Positions 24,558 to 37,430 are shown, counted from the first letter of the whole stretch. The stretch: DNA of 63,869 bases, filler included, from Rhabdomonas costata (GCA_019059605.1; 50 parts of 50 records of this genome joined end to end with filler, not necessarily neighbours in it), one strand, 5' to 3'. Notes: a model not told the origin generated them from the sequence alone. Translations and numbers: made by a program.

Positions 24558-25690
24558 CTTTGCTTATGTAAGAGAGAAAATAGCTCACTGAAGCAAGGGT
24601 AAGGGGAAACAAGAGGGGAGCCCAAGCACACAAGAAGGGTCCCCAAAGGTCCGTCTCAATGCCCACTACACCTGGCCTCCGGCCTTCGCGACTGTCGGCG
24701 GTTGGTCTTAACACCAACCTTCACCACAGTACGTGACCTCCGCGACCGCCTTTCAATTGCCCTTCATCCGAACCTCCCGCTCCCCACCCAAGCGTGACAA
24801 CCCCGCTGGAGTCCCATATCACTTTCACGGGTGGGGCTAGGGAGTCCTGCACTAGGTAGTTCCTTGTCGCAGTTCTCTCCTCGTCACTTCGCGTCACAAG
24901 AAAAACAAATACAACAAAGCAGCCTGGATCGGAAGGCGCTGAACACAAAGGCAGATGGGGCACCCCCAGCCAAGGCTAGGGTGGTGAGAGAGTCAGTGTT
25001 TAGCACATACACAAAAAAATGCCACGTCTCTCGAGTTGACGACTTCCTCCCAAAGGCGGCTGCACGGAAAAGGGAGAACTCTAAGCGCCACACCCACCTT
25101 GACTTCAAGAAAAGTGAAACGCCCGCTCAAGTCCTTCGCCCCAGGTACCAGGTACTCTATTCCCGTCACCATCTGTTGGAATGGAGGTTGATAATTGACC
25201 TAAGGGAGTGTTGAACACGATTGGGCTTCGTTCGAGGGGCGGGGGGGGTGACGCTGAAGCCACAGAAATTCCCCGACACCGTTTAGAATATGCTCAAAGA
25301 CGGAGTGGCCCTTTGAGGCATTGCACACCAAGGAGACAGCAGAAGCAGGCTGCAGCGGCTTTTTGCCGCTGAAGGAGCGAACGACCCCGGGAAACAACTA
25401 GCCAACCTAGCTGGAAGTCCTTACTTGGCATAAGACATGGAAAACCCGACCAACCTGAACCCTCCCCCACCAACCACACCCAACACNNNNNNNNNNNNNN
25501 NNNNNNNNNNNNNNNNNNNNNNNNNNNNNNTTAATTAATTAANNNNNNNNNNNNNNNNNNNNNNNNNNNNNNNNNNNNNNNNNNNNGGGGAACTGCGTGC
25601 ATGGTTTGCTCCTCTCCAAGATTATTATGCTTCTTCGGTCCAGCACTGTCAAAGGCTTGTTGTAAATTCCCCTTGACCTCAATTCCTAAG

Positions 25691-25814
25691 GAAGCTGAAG
25701 AAGCGCCTGCTGGAGGTCAACCGCCGCCTTAACGACGTGCAGGTGGGGGTGGAGCTCAGCGCGGCGATTGCGACTTTTGACCTGGAGAAGCTGGCCTTTC
25801 TGGAGACGATTCAG
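25691..25814 (+). CDS. Isolated helical/coiled-coil exon
   Basis: AG|G KLKKRLLEVNRRLNDVQVGVELSAAIATFDLEKLAFLETIQ, GC3-rich; codon bias ends at CAG|GCACTT. Confidence 0.5.
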
Positions 25815-26374
25815 GCACTTCTAACTGCATTTAGATTTCTCAGAAGTTTTTGGTGGGACTATTGTTTGCTGGGCTTGGTTTTTATATTTTTGCAAAAGGC
25901 CTCTGGTTTTAGGACTCAGGAGACTCATCATGTTGTCGTGAAAGCGTAAAAAAAGTTTTAGGCAAGAGTTACATTAACGATACCGGATAATGAAAAGCCC
26001 CTCTTTCCCGGATTTATCCGCAGTTGAAGATCAGAACCCACTCCGAAGCCCCTTGCCTTATTTATTGACACGAGCATATCCGCAGATCAAATGAAGTTGT
26101 TTTCTTAACCACACCCCAAAGAAGGTGAGGATGCTGCAGCATTTCGGCAACCAAAACCCCGCCTCTGCCCACAGCCCTCTACGTTTTGGTGTCAAATCAA
26201 GTTAACAACCATATTCTCTGGCCCGCTGAGTCTTTGCACGCTGCGTGGGCACCCTGTGGTTATCCATTCTCATATGGGTGACTCAAGGCTCTTAGCTGAA
26301 AATTATTTCGGGATTGTGCTGAAAATAGATCGGTGTACAGCGAGGGGGGGAAGGGGGGGGGGGTGCCTGTATAA

Positions 26375-26715
26375 GGGGTATTATAGCCATTATGCTATAA
26401 TACCCCCCCATTATGCTATAATATCATGGGACATGTGCATCGCCACCTACCCCCCTGCAAATTATCTGGTGGAATCCCAGGGGGCACGTGTATCGCCTAC
26501 TAAACCTCGCATGCAGAATGTGTAATAATAGCTAAGGCTGGCTCCCCCCGAAAACTGAGAGAGTAGTCTGGCCGTAGTCTGTAACGTTGCTAACAGAAGT
26601 CTTTTTACCCTGTTCTAATTCCAAGCTGCTCCGACAAAAGTCTCAGTTTACGGTGGAGCCCGCTATTTAATGGGGTACTATAGGCATTGCGCTATAATAT
26701 CATTATAATATGAAT
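26375..26715. repeat. Perfect 13-bp-stem hairpin plus degenerate copies of a GCTATAATA motif
   Basis: GGGGTATTATAGC-CATTAT-GCTATAATACCCC at 26375-26406; related copies at about 26409-26427 and 26672-26710. Confidence 0.8.
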
Positions 26716-26894
26716 TACGCGAGGCGTAGAATGGTATTATACCCCCCCCACCCAAACAACCAACACNNNNNNNNNNNNNNNNNNNNNNNNNNNNNNNNNN
26801 NNNNNNNNNNTTAATTAATTAANNNNNNNNNNNNNNNNNNNNNNNNNNNNNNNNNNNNNNNNNNNNGGCGTCCCATACACAGAGAAAGGTACTG

Positions 26895-27550
26895 GTGATA
26901 ATGACCAGGAAGTTTCGAGAAGCACATAACCATCCACACAAGGTTCGAGTGGAAGTGGGAACACGAGTTCACCCAAAAAAGCTGTGCAGTGATGAGCGTA
27001 AGCACGAACGACTGAGTCGTTCATATTCCTTGAACATCCACAGAGACTTGGATAGTGATGAAGAGGGAACAGATACAGACACCAGTAGATGGCACTACTT
27101 GAAGCGAGAGCGAGAACAGGTATCATCCTCGGCTCCACCCCCAGCCATCAAGAGGGCAGTCAAAGAGTTATTGAAGCCGGAGTTCAGTTTTCGAATCCGG
27201 AAATGGATGATTACTTTGCTCCAGAGCGCGGAGGTTATAGGTTGCGAGGTTTGCGGTCCAGAGGATCACACAGACGGCAGGGGACGTAGAGTAATGGCCG
27301 TTGAGACGACAGAGGAGTTATTGGTGAAGAAGTTATTTCTCTGAATGGATTGTTCAAGAGAGGAAACCCCAGCTCCACAGAGTGTGGTGATGAAGCTGAA
27401 GCCACTAAATATTTTCACATGGTGTGTATATAAAGTGGGGTACACGTGTGTGCCGCCGAAGGACTTGGCCAGTGCAGGTGCCGATTTCAAGATATTAGAG
27501 AAGAGATCCAGATAAATGTTGCGGCTAAAAAGCTAAGCGGAGCGAGGCTA
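26895..27550 (+). pseudogene. Possible decayed retroelement gag-like relic
   Basis: Intronless, lacks host codon bias; degenerate CX2CX4HX4C-like strings (CEVCGPEDHTDGRG; HVCAAEGLGQCRC in another frame); stops and frameshifts. Confidence 0.2.
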
Positions 27551-30500
27551 AAGCGAGATAAAGGCGAGTCAGGGCTAAGGTTGAGAGATGAACCTTCTCA
27601 CTTTCCCCTGTGCTGTGCTCTGGTGCCGTTCTCTTCTTGCTTGCCTTGTTTTTGGGTGGGAAATGCGTAAGCGGACGGCTGGGTAGAGGCAAGACCTCCA
27701 GGACACCACCTCCCAGCGGAACCCTCGAAAGCAAAGGCCTTTGAAGCGAGCAGCCAGCAGAAGCCACAGGCAAGAGAATTCCAGCTAAACCACCCGCTTT
27801 GCCCAAGACCACGGCCCCACTTCAGCTAAAGAGCCCCCGCCACCAGCTAGAGCAAGAAAGCGCGGAGCCGAAGATCCCGACGTCATACAAACCCAAGCCA
27901 GAAGCCAAAGATATAGCCCCCGCCGCGGCGACAGACCGCAGCGCACAAAGAGAGGAAACCAGACCGGGATCGAGATAAACTCAGCCTCGTTTTGGGTGTT
28001 TCCACCCAGGTAAACCGCGACAGCGCCACTTAGTGCAAGCTAAGTNNNNNNNNNNNNNNNNNNNNNNNNNNNNNNNNNNNNNNNNNNNNTTAATTAATTA
28101 ANNNNNNNNNNNNNNNNNNNNNNNNNNNNNNNNNNNNNNNNNNNNTGAGTTGGGTGAGTTTGGGGGGGTTTGTGCGGTGGCCCGGGACTGGGGCGGAGCA
28201 CACCGTGGAGCGGTACCTCCAGATCATGGTGTGGGTCGTGTGGGTGGGTTGAGGAATCGATCTCACACCCGCTGGTCGAAAACCGCTACCGCGACTGAAA
28301 CCCGCCACTGCAACGGAAGCCCACGGAAACACACGTGTCATATGAAAGCACCTAGGGTCTAAACATCCTGGACAAGATGAAAACCACCTGTCCATCGCTG
28401 GAGTCTCGTGCGTCGCATCCTAACACCCTGCCCGGTGGTTTCCACGATTTCCTCTGGAAAGGCGGGTTTTGACCAGCGGTTATCAGTCCGACGCGGGTGC
28501 GGGGGTGCTGCTGGAAGGACCCTGGCTAACAAAAGGCCGTAAGGGGGACATGCCGATCAACGGGCTGGCTTTGCGTGATTAACTGTTGGCGAGTGCTGTG
28601 TCACAGGCTATCAACTCAAGATTCTCAGAGAGGGCGGGAAAGTCAAGGCAAATTAGAAGAGCGATAGACCGTGAGCTTGTGGATTCAGTTTCCGCACTTC
28701 TAGCGCTTTCCCTAACTACCCCAAATGAGAACCCAAATGTCTCAACACCTTGATCCACACTATATGTGTTCAGAAAGGAGGTTGTTTTTTCTGGTTTTTT
28801 GATCCTTTCTACTGGGCTCTCCACTGGTGCCTTTCAGGAGAGTCGCCGGTCCCCCAGCCCCAAGAGCAGGACTAACCACTTGCCCGCAGTGCGCCCTGCA
28901 AGTGCCATGTCTTTGCTCGTGAGCTCTTCAGGTCTGTTGTGCACCATCGCTTGCACCCCAGCTGTTGCATTTAGAGGGTTAAACAGTCCAAACTCAGTAA
29001 ATCTTCATCTAAGGGGCACTGCAAAATATAACCCTGTTTGGGCAAAACTGCATTATCTAGTTGGCACTGGCACCAGTTATCCAAATTCCGGGTTCGGAAG
29101 ATACCTTCAAGAAGAAAAATGTAAAAATTCGTGTTAAAATTGTCAGCTAGCGCTAAACGTGAAGAGTCAAGCAGTCAACCTCCAATGGTACCCGCCTCGT
29201 CTCTCCGCTTAGGTCGTACGCGGACCGCGGTGGCTGGCCTTTCCTAAAATAAAACTGTCCCAATGGATCCGCAAAACGTTTTTTGCCGTTAAACTTTTAA
29301 CACCCCACCGCACCGACCACAAACANNNNNNNNNNNNNNNNNNNNNNNNNNNNNNNNNNNNNNNNNNNNTTAATTAATTAANNNNNNNNNNNNNNNNNNN
29401 NNNNNNNNNNNNNNNNNNNNNNNNNGGTGTGGGGTGAGAGAGCCACATTGAAACAAGCCCTGCGAAAGGATTATGGTGGACTGTCACCACTTGACCCACG
29501 GAGGCGGGATGAGTACCGGGGGAGAGGAACCCTGGGTCGGCAGGGAGAGTGTCCTTGCCGTAGTCCTTCATTCGGCATGGATGAACCCTTGTAATCGCCC
29601 CCAAGACTGGGGCTATGGGGAGCTGTCAACGCTCATGATTGATACATTAATAGAATGAAGCGTGGATAAAGAGGCAATGCCCACCATCGATGCTTGTTTG
29701 TAACTGGAATAATACATATCTGCAGCCGGCGGGGGAGTCTAGGCTGCGTTCCGGCAGGGGCCTAGCAAAATCTTTCATGAAAACAATTTCCATATACAAT
29801 GTAATGGTCAATGGAAAGGTGGACGGTATATCTCCCAGATTCGTTCCATTCCCGCGCCAGGACAGATTTAGATCGCCATGAGCACAATTATTTCCTCAGA
29901 AGGTGTTCAAAATTCATGGCTTGCCAACAATAAGGTGCGATCGGACAAGCCGTGGCATGATGAGTTCTCCCCGATCTTTGCACCATAAGGAAAGGGAGAT
30001 CAGTCCCGTGTGTGCGTGAGCCGAAAAGCATTCCATTGAGCGAACCCAGCTCCTTAAGGAATCCCACCCAGTCAGCGCTATGAGAGAGGGGAACGATTTA
30101 AAAAGGGACACATCAAAGTCGCTCCTTGTGATTAAGAGGTGCGCGTGCACAGCCGCTTCGCAGCAGGCTCGAGTGAGTCTCGGAGGACATAAACACATCT
30201 TAACAACGTGAACGAGGTGCCAGGAAAGCCTGCTATCAGTAGAAAATCACCGAAACAGAAAAATACAAAGAAACTGAAAGGCGCAGAATACCCCATGCGA
30301 TCCCCGCCGCACTGTAACACCAAAGACTCTATTGACATGCTTGGTGAAACAAAACCGCTGCTTCGCGCCGGATTTGAAGATCAGCGCACAGCCACCATCA
30401 GAAAAAGATAGCATTGATAACGAAAAAAGGCTTCTGTCTCGCGCGAGTCATACCGCTGCCTAGCGTGAGTTCCCCAGAAGTTGATGTGCAAAACAGTGCC

Positions 30501-31563
30501 GAAGATCCGCGGAGATGACTCCATCGGGAACGTAATTTGTAAGCCCAAAGGAACATGCGGAATCTCGCTGGAGACTTCGTTTATCTTGTATGGCATCTCG
30601 GAACTNNNNNNNNNNNNNNNNNNNNNNNNNNNNNNNNNNNNNNNNNNNNTTAATTAATTAANNNNNNNNNNNNNNNNNNNNNNNNNNNNNNNNNNNNNNN
30701 NNNNNGTTTTGGTGTCATGGTTGGTGGATGTGAGGGTCGAGGCATGGTTGGTGTCGTGGCGTTGTTGGTGCTGGTTACGTGCTGTGTCTGTAGTTCTGTG
30801 TCTGTAGTGGGCTGCCAGGGTGTGGTGGTGTTGGCATGTCAGGAGGGGTGGTGGTTGGAGGCGATGGGTGTGCTTGTGTCAGGGTTAGTGCGTATTAGTG
30901 CTGTCTTTGTGTCTGAGTGTGAGGGCTGCGCTGTGCTTGTGGTGCGAGGATGTCATGGTCGGAGGGTGGTTGGCGTGTCGAAGCATGGTTGGTGTGAGAG
31001 GGTGTCTGTGTTGTTGGTTCTGTAGTGCGTTAGTGGTGTTGGTGTCAGTGAGTCAGGATGTCGAGGGTTGAGGGTCGATGGTTGAGGCGTAGGGGTTGAT
31101 GGCATGATGGTGATTTAGAGCGTAAGGGTAGAAGTATCAGCATGACTGTAGCAAGAGTGAGAGCAAGAACTCTTAACATGACTCTCTACCGCTGTAAGAA
31201 CTCACCCTTCTATCACAGATGTCCTTCTACTCCTACTACGCATGGCTCCTGCTACGCAGACCCATGCTTCGTGACTCTACTGTAAGAGAAAGCGTAACCC
31301 TAAGGTGGTATTCTTGCTGTGGCTTCGCCATGGACGGAGCATTCCGACCGCAGGGAGGGATGCGTAGTGACAATGCATCTTAGCGTCGTCATGACTTCGC
31401 TACGCTCGTCATTCCTCCTTCTATCCCCATGCTCGTATGTCGTGGGGCCCCTTTCTTAACGCTTCGTCACTTAGTTCCAGGTGACGCCATGGGTGATTTA
31501 TGCAAATTCAAGGTCCGGTGGAAGAGGAAGTCTCATTAGTTTTGCACCTCGGCTGGGCTGAAC

Positions 31564-31757
31564 CTCCTCCGTAATCTTGTCGTCGGCCTTGGCCTCCCGC
31601 GTGTTCTTGTTGAACTCCTCCTCCTCCTTCTGGTCTTTGGTCTTGACGTCTGAAGACTTGCCCTTCTTCGCCGCTTTCTTGTCCTCCTTCTTGCTGTGCA
31701 CAGGCGCACTCTCCTGCTCCCCCTTGATCAGCAGGTTGCAGAGCTTCTCACGCGCAT
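31564..31757 (-). CDS. Lys/Glu-rich exon of an unknown nuclear gene
   Basis: AG|AT: AREKLCNLLIKGEQESAPVHSKKEDKK...EEEEFNKNTREAKADDKITEE, strongly GC3-biased; GT donor at 31563 (or slightly downstream). Confidence 0.6.
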
Positions 31758-31985
31758 CTTGACGGGGGAGGGGGGAAGGAACTGGTGCCGAAGGTGCCGC
31801 GTTTGCAGAGACTTATCGCCTGTTTTGTCGGGGTCACAGCAATTGCACCAGATGCAAAATGCGTCCACTGCTTTGCAAAAAAAACNNNNNNNNNNNNNNN
31901 NNNNNNNNNNNNNNNNNNNNNNNNNNNNNTTAATTAATTAANNNNNNNNNNNNNNNNNNNNNNNNNNNNNNNNNNNNNNNNNNNN

Positions 31986-32629
31986 GGTGGTTTTTCTGCT
32001 TCTTCTGGTCGCTGTGTTGGTGGGCCTGCATTTGGTGCTGTACTTCATCGGTGTGATCTCGTGCTCGCGTTTAGATGGTTCAGTTTGTTTCATTCACTCA
32101 CACTCATTGCTCGAATTTGCTTCCCCGCAGCTTTTTTACCTTCGATTATACCGTTCTAATTTTGAAAGTCCCAAAGTTCCCAAAGTTTATTGGATCGCCG
32201 GCTGACTATCCGAGGCAGTCACATACAGGGACGGGGAGAGAGAGAGAGCGAGCGAGCGAGAGAGACGTTGTGGATGGTGCGCATAAACGATGATGGGTTT
32301 TTAATACTCGGAACCTTCTGCCAAAATTTTCCTTCGAGCAGCCCTCCTCTCTCTCTCTCTCTCTCTTTGGCATGGCAGATTGCGTCGGAGTGTGCTGCTC
32401 GTCTTCGACCCGTGGGGAGCGCTCGCGATCCCCAGACGACATCAACGGTCCCACGGCCTCAGAGAAACCCAGTAATGCCTCTGAGGTTGCGCAGGAGTCG
32501 GTGCCGGTAACCTTTGAGGTCTCTCGCCCTCGGAGCCCAGGCCCCACTGGCGAGGATCTTCCACCCACTGTCCGGGCGGACCGTCATGTTCGCATCTCCG
32601 AGCTGCCCGTTCATGTGAGCCAAACCTGA
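31986..32629 (+). CDS. Membrane protein C-terminus: TM exon (to 32050) plus last exon 32379-32629
   Basis: VFLLLLVAVLVGLHLVLYFI joins in phase 1 (G|AT = Asp) to CVGVCCSSS...HVSQT*; GT-AG intron containing (GA)n and (CT)n tracts. Confidence 0.55.
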
Positions 32630-33295
32630 TGATGTGAAACCACGACCACGTTTCGTGGGACGGGGTGTGGTTTACGGCGAACCACTTTCTTTGTGTTGGT
32701 CGCTTGCTCCTGCTTTTCCATGCGTTTTTTTCTTATCTGTACATAAAATGGCCAAGCCGCAAAGGCTCTTTGAATTCAACCGTCTGTGGTCTCTGTACTG
32801 TATGAGTTCCTCTGAATTTCTGTTCAAGTGTACAATTTTCAACCGGGGTGTCTCTTTGGAGTCATTGCGTTTTGTCAACAGTGGAGCAAATGTATCGTCA
32901 TTCAAAACTGCCACGGTGGAATTGACGACTACGAAGAAAAATCGCCTGTTGTCCTGCCCTGCCAGAAGATGCGGCAAACCCGGTGGAAAGCAAGCTCCAA
33001 AATTCCTGAGTTCAACACTCGTTATCTCTCAGTATATTTTTCCCCCATCACTTCAGCATACTTTTTTGATTTCTTTCTCCACTGTTTTCCACCAAGTGCT
33101 TCACCATTTTCGTTTTGGCCCATTTCGACCCCTGTGAACGGCTTTTGCACCTCTTCTCCAACCCANNNNNNNNNNNNNNNNNNNNNNNNNNNNNNNNNNN
33201 NNNNNNNNNTTAATTAATTAANNNNNNNNNNNNNNNNNNNNNNNNNNNNNNNNNNNNNNNNNNNNGTGGTGGGTGTGTTTGGGTGGGTTGGTCAG

Positions 33296-33865
33296 GAAGC
33301 TTCGGTGATGTTGATTGCGGCAAAGGACCGAGATGCTACAAATGAAAAACTTGCCCGGGATCTTTCCCAAAGCCTTGAGGAAATCGCGCGGTTCCGGTCT
33401 GAGTTGGCGAAGGTTCGCGGGATGGCTTTTGCTGAGACCCTCCAGCTGAAGGAGGAGCTCAAGACCTGTGTTACTGAGCTGGACCACGCGACCACTAAAC
33501 AACAGGAGAAAGGCGACGAAGTTCTACGACTGGAGCAGGAAGTCTCCGCACTGAACATTTCTCTCCAGGATCAAGATGCCGCTTCTGATTCGATTAAGAA
33601 AGAACGCGACATGCTCCGGGATGAGTGCTCCCGGCTTCGGACTGAGCTTGCGATTGTCCGCGGAACTGCGTTCACGGAAAGCAGCTTGCTGAAAGACGAG
33701 CTCAGCTGCTGTTCCTCTCAGCTGGAGCAGGCCCGCAGAGCGCAGCAGGACAAGAGGGTGGAACTGGTTCGGCTGAAGCAAGACGTTTCTTCGATTTCAG
33801 TATCCTCCTCGGATCGATCCGCTGTGAAGTCAAGGAAGGATACGTTCACGTTCGTTCCGTCGTGA
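33296..33865 (+). CDS. Coiled-coil protein exon with an 81-aa internal duplication
   Basis: RFRSELAKVRGMAFAETLQLKEEL...QQEK versus RLRTELAIVRGTAFTESSLLKDEL...QQDK, offset 243 nt. Confidence 0.7.
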   Translation, partial: EASVMLIAAKDRDATNEKLARDLSQSLEEIARFRSELAKVRGMAFAETLQLKEELKTCVTELDHATTKQQEKGDEVLRLEQEVSALNISLQDQDAASDSIKKERDMLRDECSRLRTELAIVRGTAFTESSLLKDELSCCSSQLEQARRAQQDKRVELVRLKQDVSSISVSSSDRSAVKSRKDTFTFVPS

Positions 33866-35542
33866 GTAGGGTGGGCCGAGGGAGTATGTTCTTTTTGCTT
33901 TTATGAGATTTTTAGAATTGTATTATAGCTATGGCAAAACTCCTGAAAGGATACATTTTGCCTTGTTACGTTTTCTGCTCACGGCCTTTCTCACATTGTT
34001 TCTGGTAATAGCAATAAGATGTGATGGTAGGTGCTCAAACCACTACTGCTATCGGATGCTGGTGCTTCCCTTGCGTGGGTGGGTTGCACAGGCTTGCGGA
34101 AGTGCTGCGTTTGATCCTGATTGAGTGGGGGGTTTACTCCTGCATACTTTGCTGACCGTTGATCGGAGAATTTCCAACCGCGCTGAGCTGGTGTGAAAGT
34201 TTGGTTTAGATTGCGTTGATCCAAAATGAGCCTGTGAGGCACTAGAATCTTTATGATAATTCCGGCTGTACTTAACCCTGATTTGCCCCCCTTCATTATT
34301 GGTGAAAGCGCTTGCATTTCTTTTCTTTCACGTTTTCAGTCATCCTTCTTCCTCCTTTTTCTGTTTGCTTCGGACCGTGATCCTCGCCCGGGAGGATCAA
34401 TGAGCCGTAACGTTCGGGAATCCTCTTTGCCTCTGAGCGGCCAGANNNNNNNNNNNNNNNNNNNNNNNNNNNNNNNNNNNNNNNNNNNNTTAATTAATTA
34501 ANNNNNNNNNNNNNNNNNNNNNNNNNNNNNNNNNNNNNNNNNNNNCAAGCACGCACGCACACGCTCCACTGTCGCTTTTCTTTGAGCCAATTCAGCTGAT
34601 AAACGCACCACACTTCCCATATGATTCCAATGATTATCCGAAGCCCACGCGGCGTGGGATTCCACAAGCAACTCACCCACAACACTCAGTGTTCACGGGG
34701 TTTCAAAAAGGAAGCAAACAAATGCAACGCTGGTCTGGGAATTTACACGCGCGGCTTAACAAGGGGACTAATTGGTGGTGCAACGGCAGGACGATTTAAT
34801 AATAATCACAACGCCGCACTCCCCAGCCAAAAAACCACCGTTTGTATCAATGTGTTTGAAACTAGAAAGGTACTACCAGACGGGCAGGTACGAATAAACG
34901 GGCAAACGACAGAGTTTTGCATTGGCCCATGGGAAAGAGGTCACGAAACCGGGGCTTCTTAAGACCGACAAAATGGTGGGAAAAAAGTTCAGCAAGGAGT
35001 GTGGGTAGGAGCGAACTCCCGGAGACATGTCGGACTGAGCCTGATCTTCCTGGGACTCGCACTGTAAAGGCAGACGTGCAGATATACACGCAGAGAAAGA
35101 AATCTTTCCCCTGGGGAGTAAATCGCACAGTTTTCGGGCCAGGTAACCGCGTAGGATGTTCCAGTGACATGTATATTGTTGAAGGACCTATGTAAGTGCA
35201 CTGTAAGATAATGATATCACACAACACATTACTATAGGCATCATGCATAAGCGCGATCAGCGATTCAAGGAAAACTTTGCATCATCCGGTTATCATCGCA
35301 TTGCAAACTCATCTTTCATTCCGCACAAGCTCTATTGTAAACAACCAACCAAACAGTACTGATAAGATGGCAAATGAGATAAATCTGGTGGATGAGAAAA
35401 CGCCAAGCCTGCAAAAACAGAGGAAGGGATGCATAATAGAGAAACGCATCCTATATTTTCTTCCACATTTGGAGACATCATTTTGGGAAGACCATCCCAT
35501 TCAGAAGACGTTTTCAGCAAGTTACGGTGCAACACCTTGATT

Positions 35543-35716
35543 TCAACGCTCCTGCTGCTGCTGCTGCTGCTGCTGCTGAAGGGCAAGGAAGCGAAGCGTG
35601 TAGGCAACCAACTGGGGGTCCTCTGTTAAGCCCCTCAGCTGGTCCTCCAAGTTCTCCGGAAGCGACGACAGGCTGAAAAATCCCTCTTCCTGAGGCTTTG
35701 CGACCTCATCGACACT
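35543..35716 (-). CDS. Probable terminal exon ending in poly-Gln
   Basis: TAG|SVDEVAKPQEEGFFSLSSLPENLEDQLRGLTEDPQLVAYTLRFLALQQQQQQQER*; (CAG)7. Confidence 0.45.
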   Translation of the reverse strand, partial: SVDEVAKPQEEGFFSLSSLPENLEDQLRGLTEDPQLVAYTLRFLALQQQQQQQQQER

Positions 35717-36218
35717 CTAAGCAANNNNNNNNNNNNNNNNNNNNNNNNNNNNNNNNNNNNNNNNNNNNTTAATTAATTAANNNNNNNNNNNNNNNNNNNN
35801 NNNNNNNNNNNNNNNNNNNNNNNNGGGTGGTTGGAGAAGGGCGATATGTCGTGTGGTATGTCTGTGGCCCTTTACTGGTAGCAGGCCTTGATGTGCACCC
35901 TCGTGGTGACAGCGTGTGCTCAGAGGTGGGTGCAAGGGTGTCCTGCTACTGCGTGCTGTGTTCGATGCGGCGTGGAGGGTCCTGTTGACCGAGGACATCG
36001 TGGCGTTTTTGAAGTGGAGACTCCTTTTTGTTTGCGTGGAGGCGGTTGTGCCTCTCGTTTCTATGAAACTGTCGCCCTTCTAGACTTGGATAGTGGAGAG
36101 AGTGTCGCGGCTGATCTTTTTGGGAAACGTGTTGTAAGGTATTGTGTGAGCTAAAAGCTTTCGGTTTCGTTCTGCGTTCATACACCTGCACCCCTTTGTG
36201 GACGACTCCCTGTTACAG

Positions 36219-36639
36219 GACTCCTCGGGCAAGACTGCGCTTCATCTCGCCCTTGAGAAGAAGTGGGTGGAGGCCTTTGAGGCCCTGCTCTCCGCGAAGC
36301 CCAACCTAGACCTTCAGGTTTCTGCACATGAGTGAGTACGGGCGGTGGGGTGCTCCTTTTTGTTTGCGTTGTCATAGAGAGGTTTTTAGAAGTTAGTTTT
36401 TGAGGTTTTTTGAAACTGAAAGTGGATGACCTTTTGGAAAAGCAATGCATTGCGTCTGCGAGGGCTTTCGTATCCACGGCACTGCAAGAGTGGGCTCCCA
36501 CTACGGGCAGTATGGTGCACCGCCGCTTTTTTTCTTGCAGGACAAGCAGGGCAAGACCGCCCTGCATGTTGCCCTGGAGCTGAACAATGCGGAGGCCTGG
36601 CAGGCCCTGCTGACCGCCGGTGCTAGCGTGGATCTTCCA
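36219..36639 (+). CDS. Ankyrin-repeat protein, two 99-nt exons (36219-36317 and 36541-36639)
   Basis: DSSGKTALHLALEKKWVEAFEALLSAKPNLDLQ and DKQGKTALHVALELNNAEAWQALLTAGASVDLP; AG/GT boundaries, phase 0. Confidence 0.93.
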
Positions 36640-37430
36640 GTGTGTGCAATCTGTGGTGCCTCTTGAAACAGAGCATGGCATTCGTCGTAAGGTTGCACAT
36701 TGCATGGGTATAGGCTTCCTACATTCTTACTTCTGCATGGGTTCTTCCCCTCTACGGCACCTTTCCAAAAAGAAGGCCTTGTCAGCCGCCCGTTTTATTC
36801 TTGTACGAGTAGAGGCTGTGCTCTGCATCGTTTTCTGTCAATCGCTGCATGGCGTTCCGAGTGCTGGTGGGCTGACTGGCGTTGCATATGTCTTCGTTGG
36901 TATTTGTGAGGGTGCGTGACCACACCATCAATTAGGACCCGTAATTTTGTTTTTCTTTCTCAGGAAGAAACGTGGAAGGGGAGTGGGGAATCGTGACCCC
37001 NNNNNNNNNNNNNNNNNNNNNNNNNNNNNNNNNNNNNNNNNNNNTTAATTAATTAANNNNNNNNNNNNNNNNNNNNNNNNNNNNNNNNNNNNNNNNNNNN
37101 GGGTGGGTGGGGGTCACGAGTGCGTTTGGAACTGGAGGGAGGGACTGTGCCCTTGCCTGTCGGCTTCTTGTGCATTTGAAGCGCCGTAAAAAAAATCTCG
37201 TACTTTGCTCTGGGTAACCATAGGTGACCGTGAATGTCGCAGTAAGCCTCTCACTTTTGTTATGGCAGCGGCCAACTAAAAAAAATACAAGCAGGCGTTT
37301 CATTATTCAGGGTTTGTTGCCACATTTAAATTAGTGGGGTGAAAACATGAGACTCAAAGCCACCACGTGCACTTTGACGAAGGGTTAGGAACAGCTTGTA
37401 GTAATCAGCCTCACTTTTGACTTTACCCAG

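Noticed and set aside
30092-30103. AACGATTTAAAA, similar to the start of the diplonemid spliced leader
   Set aside because: A 12-nt AT-rich match that diverges before the conserved CAGTTTCTGTA core.
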